A DNA stretch of 64,000 bases from Clostridia bacterium (GCA_030637745.1 DAOWFX010000043.1:3424-67423), one strand, 5' to 3'; counted from the first letter of the stretch, positions 19,020 through 28,093 are shown. Made by a program: numbers and translations. Notes: generated by a model from the sequence alone, not told the origin.

Positions 19020-20321
19020 ATGGATTTAAAAGTATTAAAGAATAAGAACTTGGTCTTGGTGATATTAGGACAATTTGTTTCTGGTTTCGGTACATTTATG
19101 CAGAACTTTGCATTATCAATATATGTACTTAAGAAAACAGGTTCTGCTACACTTTTTGCTTCGGTATTGGTGGTATCAATTATTCCAAGGATTTTACTAA
19201 TGCCTTTTGCCGGGGTACTTGCAGATCGATTCAGTCGAAAGAAAATGATCGTATTGATGGATTTAGCTAGTTCATTGACTGTTGTGATTATGATTATAGT
19301 TTTTTTGATTACTGGAGAGTTATCCATTGTTACAGTCTACATATTGGTAATAATGCTTTCCTTGATTAGTGTGTTTTTTATGCCATCAATGAGTGCAATT
19401 ATTCCTGACATTGTTAAGAAGGATAAATTGGTAGATGCAAATAGCGCAATGGAGTTATTTAGTTCCATTATTGGGCTCACATCACCATTGGTCGCGGGTT
19501 TACTTTTTGGTTTGTTTGGACTTCTCCCGATAATGATTATCAATGCGATAAGTTTCTTTGCATCTGCAATCAGCGAAATGTTTATCAGAATAAAACATGA
19601 AAGCATCCAAAAGAAAGAAAACAGAGAATCGTTTTTTGCTTCATTCAAGCAGGGAATAATATTTATAAAATCTCTACCTGAGTTTATTTTTATGGCGGGG
19701 ATTGCTGTTGTAGCAAACTTTGCCATTGCACCAATTTTTTCAGTTTCGTTGCCCATTGTATTCTTGCAGGACTTTGGACTGTCTGAACAAATCTATGGTG
19801 TGCTGTCTTCTCTAATGACTATAGGAATGTTTATGGCGCCAATATTTGCAGCGAAAATTATACGAAAATATCATTATTCAAAGTTGGTTTCATTTATTCT
19901 CACCATTGATGCTTTTCTGTGTATAGGGATTGCTATATTGTCTATTGTCGGTATCTTCCCAAGTATTATAATGAATATTGTACTCATGATGATAATCATC
20001 AATATTCTAATTGTGACTGTTGTTTGGGTGAATTTGAGCATAGCAACTGCACGACAGCTGTTGGTTCCAGGGGAAATGATGGGACGTGTGACCAGCGTTA
20101 TCGGAACATTTGCAATGATGGCAACACCTTTAGGTCAAGCATTGATGGGTAGCTTATTGGATGTAAGTGAGAGTTATATCATTATTGGTATATACGCAGT
20201 GATTCTCTTAATTGTAGGACTAATTTCTAAAGTAGGATTTAATGCACTTGCAACAAGGGGTAAGATGGACTTGACAGTTGGAGTGACTGTAAAAAAAGAA
20301 TTAGGTACAGACAATGGGTAA
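19020..20321 (+). CDS. MFS transporter (12-TM, EntS/MFS_3-like)
   Basis: 433 aa. ADRFSRKKM loop motif between TM2 and TM3. About 12 hydrophobic helices. Confidence 0.8.
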   Translation: MDLKVLKNKNLVLVILGQFVSGFGTFMQNFALSIYVLKKTGSATLFASVLVVSIIPRILLMPFAGVLADRFSRKKMIVLMDLASSLTVVIMIIVFLITGELSIVTVYILVIMLSLISVFFMPSMSAIIPDIVKKDKLVDANSAMELFSSIIGLTSPLVAGLLFGLFGLLPIMIINAISFFASAISEMFIRIKHESIQKKENRESFFASFKQGIIFIKSLPEFIFMAGIAVVANFAIAPIFSVSLPIVFLQDFGLSEQIYGVLSSLMTIGMFMAPIFAAKIIRKYHYSKLVSFILTIDAFLCIGIAILSIVGIFPSIIMNIVLMMIIINILIVTVVWVNLSIATARQLLVPGEMMGRVTSVIGTFAMMATPLGQALMGSLLDVSESYIIIGIYAVILLIVGLISKVGFNALATRGKMDLTVGVTVKKELGTDNG

Positions 20322-20868
20322 GGATGTACTAAAAACGTTAAAGGAAATTCGAGTACTAAATGATCCATATAGGCGTGAGATTTTGACGACATTCTCCATT
20401 ATAGATCGACCAGCTACAGCCAAAGAAGTTGCGAAAATGATGGGAGAAGCACCTTCAAAAGTGAATTATCATATCGGAGTGCTTCATCAATATGATTTTA
20501 TTGAATTGCATCATACTGAAAGCATCAATGGCATTATTGCAAAGTACTACAAACGAAACTATATAAAGTTTACGATAAATATGGACATTGAAAATACAGG
20601 CACAAAACAAATGCAAGCAATGCGTGATGTGATCCAATCTACTTTTGATACTGCCCGCGACCAGTATTTAGAAACAATGCATCGACATCTCAAAAATTGT
20701 CAAGATCAACCCGATGAGTTGCACGATTATTTGTCACAACAAAGCATCTATATGAATGAAAATGAGGTTGAAGAACTAACATCTCTCATTGATCGATTAT
20801 CAAAAGCAGATCGTAAGAATAGAAAGCGGTATACACTTTTTGCATCTTATATTATACAAGGCAAATAA
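20314..20868 (+). CDS. ArsR-like winged-helix transcriptional regulator
   Basis: 184 aa. N-terminal LNDPYRREILTTF...ATAKEVAKMMGEAPSKVNYHIGVLHQYDFIEL. 8-nt overlap with the MFS gene. Confidence 0.6.
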   Translation: MGKDVLKTLKEIRVLNDPYRREILTTFSIIDRPATAKEVAKMMGEAPSKVNYHIGVLHQYDFIELHHTESINGIIAKYYKRNYIKFTINMDIENTGTKQMQAMRDVIQSTFDTARDQYLETMHRHLKNCQDQPDELHDYLSQQSIYMNENEVEELTSLIDRLSKADRKNRKRYTLFASYIIQGK

Positions 20869-20984
20869 TATTCCAAATATCATATATTCGTTTAAGCAAA
20901 CTTTAATCCAATGTTTTCATTTTGTTAATTATTTATTTTACACCCTATGATATACTTATTTCTAAATTAGAAGTAGGAAAACTT

Positions 20985-21839
20985 ATGTTTGGATATCTCA
21001 TTCCATATAAAAATGAATTAAAAGTTCGTGAGCTAAACGATTGGCAGGCAGCTTATTGTGGAGTATGTCATGCGATAGCCAGAAACAATGGTCAAATGCC
21101 ACGTTTTGCACTACAAAATGATATGGCAGGGTTGGCATTAATGCTGATTGATTTATCCGGAGATACTTTTATATCCAGAAAAAGAGCATGTCCCACACAT
21201 TTGATCAACAGAAAGCAAAGCCTTGAAACAAACACTGCATTAACTTATTGTGGGGATGTTACTACCCTTCTTGCACATCACAAGCTTAATGATATGTGGC
21301 AAGATGAAAAAAAGCTCTATGCACCTATTGGAAACTTACTCATACTTCGAGGTTATCGCAAGGCCAAAAAACGTAATCCTCTGCTTTCAAAGAAACTTAA
21401 AGACATTTTAGATGAATTATATATCATTGAACAAGATAAAGAAGTATCCTTTGATATCCCAGCAGCACTAAGTGGCGATTTGCTTTGGGAAATTGCACAA
21501 TCATCAAAAGATATAAATGAAAAAGACAAATTGGCACTATCGGATATGATGAAGAACTTGGGCATATGGATATACTTAGCCGATGCAATGGAGGACATGG
21601 AAAGTGACATCAAGAAAGGATGTTTTAATCCACTCGTTCAAAATGGCACACCCTCAGAGAAGAGAATATCGCAAGCACAAGAGGTCATGACATTTGCACT
21701 TTCGCGCGCACAATTAGCATATAATCTTTTAAAGCTTGAAAAGAGTGCTCCGATTATGGATAATATAATAAGATATTCACTGCCCAGCAAGCAGAACCTG
21801 ATACATGAAAAGACAAGAGAAATTCACAAGATAACATAG
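20985..21839 (+). CDS. DUF5685-like protein of unknown function
   Basis: Start moved to MFGYLIPYKNELKVRELNDWQAAYCGVCHAI, which I recall as the characteristic DUF5685 N-terminus. Cys motifs YCGVCH and ACPTH. Soluble by composition. Confidence 0.6.
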   Translation: MFGYLIPYKNELKVRELNDWQAAYCGVCHAIARNNGQMPRFALQNDMAGLALMLIDLSGDTFISRKRACPTHLINRKQSLETNTALTYCGDVTTLLAHHKLNDMWQDEKKLYAPIGNLLILRGYRKAKKRNPLLSKKLKDILDELYIIEQDKEVSFDIPAALSGDLLWEIAQSSKDINEKDKLALSDMMKNLGIWIYLADAMEDMESDIKKGCFNPLVQNGTPSEKRISQAQEVMTFALSRAQLAYNLLKLEKSAPIMDNIIRYSLPSKQNLIHEKTREIHKIT

Positions 21840-21897
21840 AGCACACAAACTATGATATCGAAAACGAATATATTATTCGTTATAACGAGGAGAATGC

Positions 21898-22500
21898 ATG
21901 AACCCGTATACAGTATTAGAAATTGATGATAATGCAACACAAGAACAAATCAAACAAGCCTATAGAAAGCTTGTGAAGAAATATCATCCAGATAAATATA
22001 TTGATAACCCTCTAAGTAAGCTTGCAGATGAAAAAATGAGAGAAATCAATGCTGCATACGACATGCTTACCGGAGAAGGTGCTAGTGGGAATTATGCTAA
22101 TCAGGGAACATCCTATAGATCAAGTGGATCAAATACAGGATCTACCGATTTTCAAAAGATTCGTCAAATGATTAATGCCGGACAATATGATCAAGTTATG
22201 ACGATACTGGATAATCTATCAAACCGTCCTGCAGAATGGTATTACCTAAAGGGTGCTTGCATGATGGGAAAAGGCTGGTATGCGCAGGCTCAGAACTTTT
22301 ATAACATGGCCTATCAAATGGAGCCGAATAACCCGGAATATCAAAAAGCTTCTCAATCCATGTACAACTCAAATCGAAACTTTAACAATCAAGCAAACGT
22401 AGGTGGATCGGATTGTTCGATGTGTAACATATGTTCATGCATGCTCTGCAGTGATTGTTGTTGTGAGTCGCTCGGTGGCGACTGCATTCCCTGTTGCTAG
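21898..22500 (+). CDS. J-domain protein with a TPR-like middle region and a C-terminal cysteine string
   Basis: 200 aa. J domain NPYTVLEIDDNATQEQIKQAYRKLVKKYHPDKY (HPD present). Low-complexity G/S/N linker. TPR-like AEWYYLKGACMMGKGWYAQAQNFYNMAYQMEPNNPEYQKA. Tail DCSMCNICSCMLCSDCCCESLGGDCIPCC. GAGGAG SD. Confidence 0.85.
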   Translation: MNPYTVLEIDDNATQEQIKQAYRKLVKKYHPDKYIDNPLSKLADEKMREINAAYDMLTGEGASGNYANQGTSYRSSGSNTGSTDFQKIRQMINAGQYDQVMTILDNLSNRPAEWYYLKGACMMGKGWYAQAQNFYNMAYQMEPNNPEYQKASQSMYNSNRNFNNQANVGGSDCSMCNICSCMLCSDCCCESLGGDCIPCC

Positions 22501-23022
22501 ATGAAAACGCGTGATATAACACTTGCGAGTATGCTCATTGCACTTCAAGTTCTAACACTTTTAATCATCTACGTAATTCCTACGATAAAACTTGCTTTAC
22601 TTTTTGCTGTATCGCTATACTCAGGCATTTTATTACGAATCGGTATTAAGAAGAACACAATCATCATTTCATACATTGCATCTTGTGCATTGATTATATT
22701 CTTGATTCGCATTGTTGACGTTTCAATACTTTTTATCATTTTCTTTGGGATCTATGGACTCGTACATGAGTCAACTAAGCACTATAGCATATTAAAAAAA
22801 CAACTTGTTAGATGGGGATGTTTTTTTATATCAGCTGCCTTATTATACTTTGCAGTGACTTATATAATATCTATAGAGATAGTCTATGCATTGTGGATCT
22901 ATGCATTGATTTGCATTGCCACATTTGTTGCAATGCAGATACTCTATGAAATCTGTGTCAGAGAGTTAATAAGAATAACAAGAATCAAGTATATTGACGA
23001 GAAGATCGTATTTAAAAGATAG
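22501..23022 (+). CDS. polytopic membrane protein (about 5 TM), function unknown
   Basis: 173 aa. The ATG directly abuts the TAG of the J-domain gene (22498-22500). Hydrophobic throughout. Confidence 0.6.
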   Translation: MKTRDITLASMLIALQVLTLLIIYVIPTIKLALLFAVSLYSGILLRIGIKKNTIIISYIASCALIIFLIRIVDVSILFIIFFGIYGLVHESTKHYSILKKQLVRWGCFFISAALLYFAVTYIISIEIVYALWIYALICIATFVAMQILYEICVRELIRITRIKYIDEKIVFKR

Positions 23023-23104
23023 TTTTAATAAACATATAACTTGTATATGCAGACATTAGGATGTATGATTATTACATGGAATTATTTTATTTTAGGAGGA
23101 AATT

Positions 23105-23575
23105 ATGAACGGATATTATGGTGGACTTTTAGCAATCGGACTTTTCGGTGGATTTCTTGTATTCTTACTTGGAGCTGCTGCATATGTACTCACTGCAATC
23201 GGACTGTACAAAATGGCACAAAACCAGAACCTCGAAAACCCTTGGTTGGCGTGGATTCCCATCGCACAGTTTTATGTGGTAGGTGCATTGATTAAGGAAA
23301 TTAAACTCGGATCAACAACCATCCCACGCATGGAGCTTGTGCTTCCCTTGGGCGCACTTGCAGTAGCTGTTTTGAGCTGGATACCATTTATTGGCACATT
23401 GGTTGCTTTGGCATACTATGCATTGATGGTCTACTCACTGTATCTATTGTTCAAGCTCTATGTACCAAATGAAGCAGTATTGTATACCATACTTAGCGCA
23501 TTGGGACTATTTGCAATCTTCATTTTTATTATCAGAGATAAAGATCAAGTAGTAGTAGAAGCACCCCAGGAATAG
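23105..23575 (+). CDS. membrane protein, paralog A of a tandem pair
   Basis: 156 aa. GGAGG SD. Shares NPWLAWIPIAQFYVVGA and YVPNEAVLYTILSALGLFAIFIFIIRDK with the next gene. Confidence 0.65.
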   Translation: MNGYYGGLLAIGLFGGFLVFLLGAAAYVLTAIGLYKMAQNQNLENPWLAWIPIAQFYVVGALIKEIKLGSTTIPRMELVLPLGALAVAVLSWIPFIGTLVALAYYALMVYSLYLLFKLYVPNEAVLYTILSALGLFAIFIFIIRDKDQVVVEAPQE

Positions 23576-23588
23576 CAAAGCAAATAAA

Positions 23589-23625
23589 GTGCCCTAGGAG
23601 AATATCCTTTTAGGGCATTTTTAAT
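23589..23625 (+). terminator. intrinsic terminator
   Basis: GTGCCCTA...TAGGGCAT hairpin followed by TTTTTA. Confidence 0.7.
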
Positions 23626-23653
23626 TACCTTAATGAATATTTTGGAGGTTTCA

Positions 23654-24208
23654 ATGGATAACACTTTTTTAGTTGGATTTGTAGCGGTGATGATAGTTGT
23701 ATTGTTTTTTGTTTTCGCCATTTCTTTAGTAATTTATATCCTACACTCTATTGGGCTTTACCGCCTTGCAAAAAATAAAGGCATGGATAATGCTTGGCTT
23801 GCATGGATTCCTATTGGAAACTATTATATTTTGGGAGCAGTTTCAAAACAATCTGCATATATGAAGAACAAGGTTCCAAAAGTTGAAGTTATATTACCTA
23901 TCGTGGGAGCAGTATATGTGGCGCTGTCTTTTGTTCCTGCAATCTTAAATACAATAAATTCTTTTTCAGGCTATTCATATAATAATTTATTGGGTATGGG
24001 AATATCAACATTACTAATAACTTTTCTTGGCTTATGCTTTACTGCGTTTATAACGTTTGTATATTATCATATATACAAAACATATGAGCCGAACAATGCA
24101 GTACTGTATACAATACTCAGTGTGTTTAGTCTTTCATTTATATTCATATTTGTGATACGCAACAAACAACCTGTATTGCCTATTGAAGGCGAATTAATTC
24201 AACAATAA
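23654..24208 (+). CDS. membrane protein, paralog B of a tandem pair
   Basis: Start moved to MDNTF (GGAGG 6 nt upstream). Shares NAWLAWIPIGNYYILGA and YEPNNAVLYTILSVFSLSFIFIFVIRNK with paralog A. Confidence 0.65.
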   Translation: MDNTFLVGFVAVMIVVLFFVFAISLVIYILHSIGLYRLAKNKGMDNAWLAWIPIGNYYILGAVSKQSAYMKNKVPKVEVILPIVGAVYVALSFVPAILNTINSFSGYSYNNLLGMGISTLLITFLGLCFTAFITFVYYHIYKTYEPNNAVLYTILSVFSLSFIFIFVIRNKQPVLPIEGELIQQ

Positions 24209-24212
24209 GTAA

Positions 24213-24230
24213 AGCCCCCATACAGGGGCT
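24213..24230. terminator. hairpin between convergent genes (weak U-tracts)
   Basis: AGCCCC-catacA-GGGGCT lying between the stops at 24208 (+) and 24236 (-). Confidence 0.45.
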
Positions 24231-24235
24231 TATGT

Positions 24236-25933
24236 CTATATCTTTTCTCTTTCGTACAGTTTCTTAAATAGGATATCTTTATTGAGCAACTGTTTCATTG
24301 TTCCGGTATCTCGAAGATGACCATTATCAAGCAATAATATCTGATCAAACATATATGTAGTATGTACTTTATGTGTAACTGCAATCACAGTAGAGTCTGA
24401 GAGTGTATTAAGCACATTTTTCAAAATTATACTCTCGTTGATATTGTCTATTGCACTGGTTGCCTCATCAACTATTACGATTTTTGGTTGAGAGATTATA
24501 ATTCTTGCAAGTGCCAGACGTTGCTTTTCGCCTCCTGAAAGCATACTTCCTTTTTCACCTATTGGCTCATCCAATTTGCTCTTCTTTGATTTTATTTGAT
24601 CATATAGATTTACGTCTTTTAAAGCAGACCAAAGAACTTGATCATCTACTTTTTTATCAAAGACAAGGTTCTCTCTGATTGTACCGTCGAATATAGCAGG
24701 ATCTTGTGATAGATATGCGATATGCTTGTAATACGTGTTTAGGTTCATTTTGGTCAAGTCCTGATGATCGATGAATATTTTTCCGCTATTTGCTTTTAAT
24801 AAACCGGATATCAATCCCAGAATTGTGGTTTTCCCCACGCCACTTTGTCCGACAATAGCGTACGCTTTCCCATTTTCAAACATAAATGACATATTATCTA
24901 GTACAACATTTTGTCCATATTGAAAGGATAGATTCTCTAAAGATATATTTCCTTCTTTGATGGTAGCTACCTCTCCGGTTCCTATCATCTCATCATCAGG
25001 TTGATCTATCGGGTTTTCATATCTTTTAAAAGCAATTTTATTCAAGGTGTAATCAATATATACAACATTAAAGATTGCAATCGGTGTGTATACCCTGTCT
25101 ATAAGCGTTACTAAGGCGACAATAATACCGATACTTGAAGTGCCTGCGATGATCTGGTTTATTCCTATAAAAATTGCAATTATTTTTATTATTGCAACAA
25201 TAAATGCAAATGAAGTGAAGAACATTTCATGTGTCATTAATATTTTGGTTTTGGACTTCACAATCCTGATAGAGGTATCTTCACATTCTTTGATTTCTGT
25301 TTTATATTTTCTGTTGATTCTAAAAACTACCATTTCCATAAAGGCGCGTACTAACTTAGATGTGAATTTTTCTTCATTCATGAGAGTAGAATTCTTCACC
25401 AAGTAAAGCTTTTTGAGAAGAATTTTAGTTATCAGAAAAACAAACCCATAGCTTATTGCAATAGCGACCATGATTTTAAAGTCATATATTCCTATTAAAA
25501 CCATAGAAACTAACACACCGGGGATTATATTCCTAAAAACATTCAAATAGAAACTGAATAATATTTTTCTACCTGCATCAACACCATTTTCGACGAGTTG
25601 TATGATTTCACCGGTTCCGTACTGCTTGTATTGCAGAAAATCTATCTTGGATATCTTTTTTAGCGCGTTTAGCTTTAGTTGATAATAAAAACTATTGTTC
25701 AAGATGCTACTTGGATAGTTCTCAATATAGCCTAGTATATATTCTAGTATTTGCAAAAGACCAAACATACATAGATATCTCATGGCGTTTGATATATCCC
25801 CTGTCTTTCCAAGAGAATCAATGAGTTGTTGAAAACAAACGACCACCAAAGCTGATATGATAGTTTGTACTAGACCGTTTACTAGATATAAAGTCACCAT
25901 CTTTTTATATTTTGTTATACATTCTTTTAACAT
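24236..25933 (-). CDS. ABC exporter, fused permease and ATPase (half-transporter)
   Basis: 565 aa. Six-helix TMD followed by an NBD with Walker A GQSGVGKTT, signature LSGGEKQRLALAR and Walker B IVIVDEATSA. AGGAGG SD. Confidence 0.9.
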   Translation of the reverse strand: MLKECITKYKKMVTLYLVNGLVQTIISALVVVCFQQLIDSLGKTGDISNAMRYLCMFGLLQILEYILGYIENYPSSILNNSFYYQLKLNALKKISKIDFLQYKQYGTGEIIQLVENGVDAGRKILFSFYLNVFRNIIPGVLVSMVLIGIYDFKIMVAIAISYGFVFLITKILLKKLYLVKNSTLMNEEKFTSKLVRAFMEMVVFRINRKYKTEIKECEDTSIRIVKSKTKILMTHEMFFTSFAFIVAIIKIIAIFIGINQIIAGTSSIGIIVALVTLIDRVYTPIAIFNVVYIDYTLNKIAFKRYENPIDQPDDEMIGTGEVATIKEGNISLENLSFQYGQNVVLDNMSFMFENGKAYAIVGQSGVGKTTILGLISGLLKANSGKIFIDHQDLTKMNLNTYYKHIAYLSQDPAIFDGTIRENLVFDKKVDDQVLWSALKDVNLYDQIKSKKSKLDEPIGEKGSMLSGGEKQRLALARIIISQPKIVIVDEATSAIDNINESIILKNVLNTLSDSTVIAVTHKVHTTYMFDQILLLDNGHLRDTGTMKQLLNKDILFKKLYEREKI

Positions 25934-25956
25934 ATTTCCTCCTATTATACGTAATT

Positions 25957-25985
25957 AAAAACACTGCCAAACTAATACGGCAGTG
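25957..25985 (-). terminator. intrinsic terminator inside the 5' leader of the ABC exporter gene
   Basis: On the - strand: CACTGCC-gtattagttt-GGCAGTG followed by TTTTT. It ends about 20 nt before the AGGAGG SD of the exporter. Confidence 0.7.
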
Positions 25986-26193
25986 CTTTGTACACAAATA
26001 AGAGCTAAAATTAGCCCGTCAATTACTTATACAAACCAAATGGTTTGATGGCAATATGACTTTCTTCCCGTTTATAGTTTGCCTTAATTTTGAAAGATAA
26101 ACGGGAAATTACGTCGACGCATCATCCTAAGAAACAACATTATGGAACTCCTTACATAATATACATTTTAGTACAATCTTCATCTTATATCAA
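25957..26193 (-). promoter_or_regulatory. leader region: promoter, SD plus 18-codon leader ORF, hairpins and terminator (candidate translational attenuator)
   Basis: On the - strand: TTGATA (26193-26188), 17 nt, TAAAAT (26170-26165). AAGGAG (26153-26148), 7 nt, then ATG at 26140 encoding MLFLRMMRRRNFPFIFQN with stop at 26086-26084. The hairpin CCCGTTTAT...ATAAACGGG (26105-26067) has its 5' arm inside the last leader codons. The terminator at 25985-25957 follows. Confidence 0.55.
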
Positions 26194-26332
26194 CACTTTC
26201 TTGATAAAGTTTTATTAGCTAGTGATACATTTGATACCAATAAATTGATAGATAACAAAGGATGTACAGTACTCGTTAATATGGAAATATGTTTCAGTAG
26301 ACAGGTATTTTGCATCATGATAAAATGCATAT

Positions 26333-26896
26333 ATGATCAAAGTAAACTTCTCAGACTCGTTTTTGCTCGTACTTGCAATAGTCTCCACTATTGCATTATT
26401 TGTAGCCGTAAGAAAGTCGAATATCAAAAAACCGATTGTTATAACTGTTAGTATTACATATTTGATAATAATGCTGTTACTTACTTTACAGCCATTATTT
26501 ATATCCTCATACCGCATTTCATGGGATGAAATAAGACTATATGGCTTGCCAGCGAACTTAAAACCTTTTTCGCTGATAGCACAACAATGGCAGAACGTTC
26601 TTGCTGGGCAACAGGGTGCGTTCCGGCAGTTTTTTGGAAACATTATCATGTTCATCCCTGTTGGAATTTTGATGCCATTGCTATTTAAGAAAACGCAACG
26701 CTTTTGGCGAGCCCTTCTTGGAGCGTTTTTGTTTACTTTTACGATAGAAGCGTTACAGCTCATATTGTGCATAGCAGGAATGTGTTTAAGAGAGTTTGAT
26801 GTGGATGATTTGATACTCAACACTTTGGGTGCTATGTTGGGTCATGGAATCTATAAGATACTTTTTCATCATAGAAAAGCCAAAGTTGCTTTATGA
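26333..26896 (+). CDS. VanZ-family membrane protein
   Basis: 187 aa. GNIIMFIPVGILMP and DVDDLILNTLGAMLGHGIY are typical VanZ motifs. No SD; TAAAAT lies 6 nt upstream of the ATG. Confidence 0.75.
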   Translation: MIKVNFSDSFLLVLAIVSTIALFVAVRKSNIKKPIVITVSITYLIIMLLLTLQPLFISSYRISWDEIRLYGLPANLKPFSLIAQQWQNVLAGQQGAFRQFFGNIIMFIPVGILMPLLFKKTQRFWRALLGAFLFTFTIEALQLILCIAGMCLREFDVDDLILNTLGAMLGHGIYKILFHHRKAKVAL

Positions 26897-28093
26897 TAGG
26901 TGTTTTTTAATAAAATCTGTAATTTTCCTTGCTTGTTGAATATTCGACTTGTGCTCCAATACAAAGGTACGTGCATTTTCGCCCATTAGATTTCGATCAT
27001 TTTCATTCAATCCCATAATATGAATCAGAGAATTCTTAAAGCCTTCTTTTGTCTCGTCCTCTGCAATATATACATACTCAAGATATTCTTTTGGCATACC
27101 CGGAAGATTGCATGTTAATATGGGTGTACCGGACGCCATGTACTCCAAGTTTTTGCTTGGAAAAGAGTATTTTGTGAATTCCTCATTTGAAGGTCTGGGG
27201 TTTACTAATAAAGTTGCGCGCAATTCATGCTCTATGATTTCTTTGTTGGGCACTACACCGAAGAACTTCACTGTATCATTATTCAATTGGTCAAAGCAAT
27301 CATTCATTTCACCGCTACCATATACCCATAATTCACAATTTTTTAATTCTGCTGACAAGAAACCTTCTACCAAATCGAGCACGCCGTATTTTTCAAATAA
27401 TGCACCAGCGTACAAAATAATATTTGGCTCATATTTACTTTGTACGTCGCCTGCAATATCATTCATATCATTATCAACCATGCCTTCAATTACGATAGAG
27501 GGCTTGTTGTATGGATTGATAATATCATTCATCGCACTCGTAAGCAGCATATATAGGTCGTACTGTATCATTTTTTCATAAGTTGATTTAGAGTAGATGC
27601 GATATAGGCGCTCTTTGATACCGGTTGTATTTTGATTGAAGTTTATAAGCTGTGGGATGTCTGTGACGACTGCCATGCATTGAATATCATATTTTTCAGA
27701 AAGCTTTAATGCAATCGATGATAGGGTTGGAGACAGTGCATAACATATAATAATTCTGTCTTTGCCTTTTGTGCTTTTAACCCATTCTTTGATTTTCTTT
27801 TTTGCATTACGTTTTACACAAAGCTGCTTGATAATTGGAAAGTTTATAAATCCAACATAGTTATATTCAACATTGTCCTCTTCATCATGTGCATTGGGAA
27901 AAGCTTTTTGACTGCATGTTGCACGTGAAACAGGAACGACGGAGACAGCAGTTACATGACAGTAAGCACTCAACCCACGCAACAGCATATTGTTAAACTT
28001 TTGCACTTGCTGTCCAGGCTTTATACTACATATTTCATAAATCTCTGTAAAATACTTTTGTGAGGTTGTATTGGATATATAGAGTATCTCCAT
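26891..28093 (-). CDS. glycosyltransferase (GT-B, family 4-like)
   Basis: 400 aa. C-terminal EEFTKYSFPSKNLEYMASGTPIL (E-x7-E-type motif). AAGGAGGG SD. Start overlaps the Wzx stop (TAATG). Confidence 0.8.
   Translation of the reverse strand: MEILYISNTTSQKYFTEIYEICSIKPGQQVQKFNNMLLRGLSAYCHVTAVSVVPVSRATCSQKAFPNAHDEEDNVEYNYVGFINFPIIKQLCVKRNAKKKIKEWVKSTKGKDRIIICYALSPTLSSIALKLSEKYDIQCMAVVTDIPQLINFNQNTTGIKERLYRIYSKSTYEKMIQYDLYMLLTSAMNDIINPYNKPSIVIEGMVDNDMNDIAGDVQSKYEPNIILYAGALFEKYGVLDLVEGFLSAELKNCELWVYGSGEMNDCFDQLNNDTVKFFGVVPNKEIIEHELRATLLVNPRPSNEEFTKYSFPSKNLEYMASGTPILTCNLPGMPKEYLEYVYIAEDETKEGFKNSLIHIMGLNENDRNLMGENARTFVLEHKSNIQQARKITDFIKKHLS

Noticed and set aside
26215-26823. 202-aa - strand ORF overlapping vanZ
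   Set aside because: The + strand frame carries clear VanZ motifs and TM helices. The - strand product is Cys/Asn-rich and family-less. Its 5' end would also collide with the exporter leader region.
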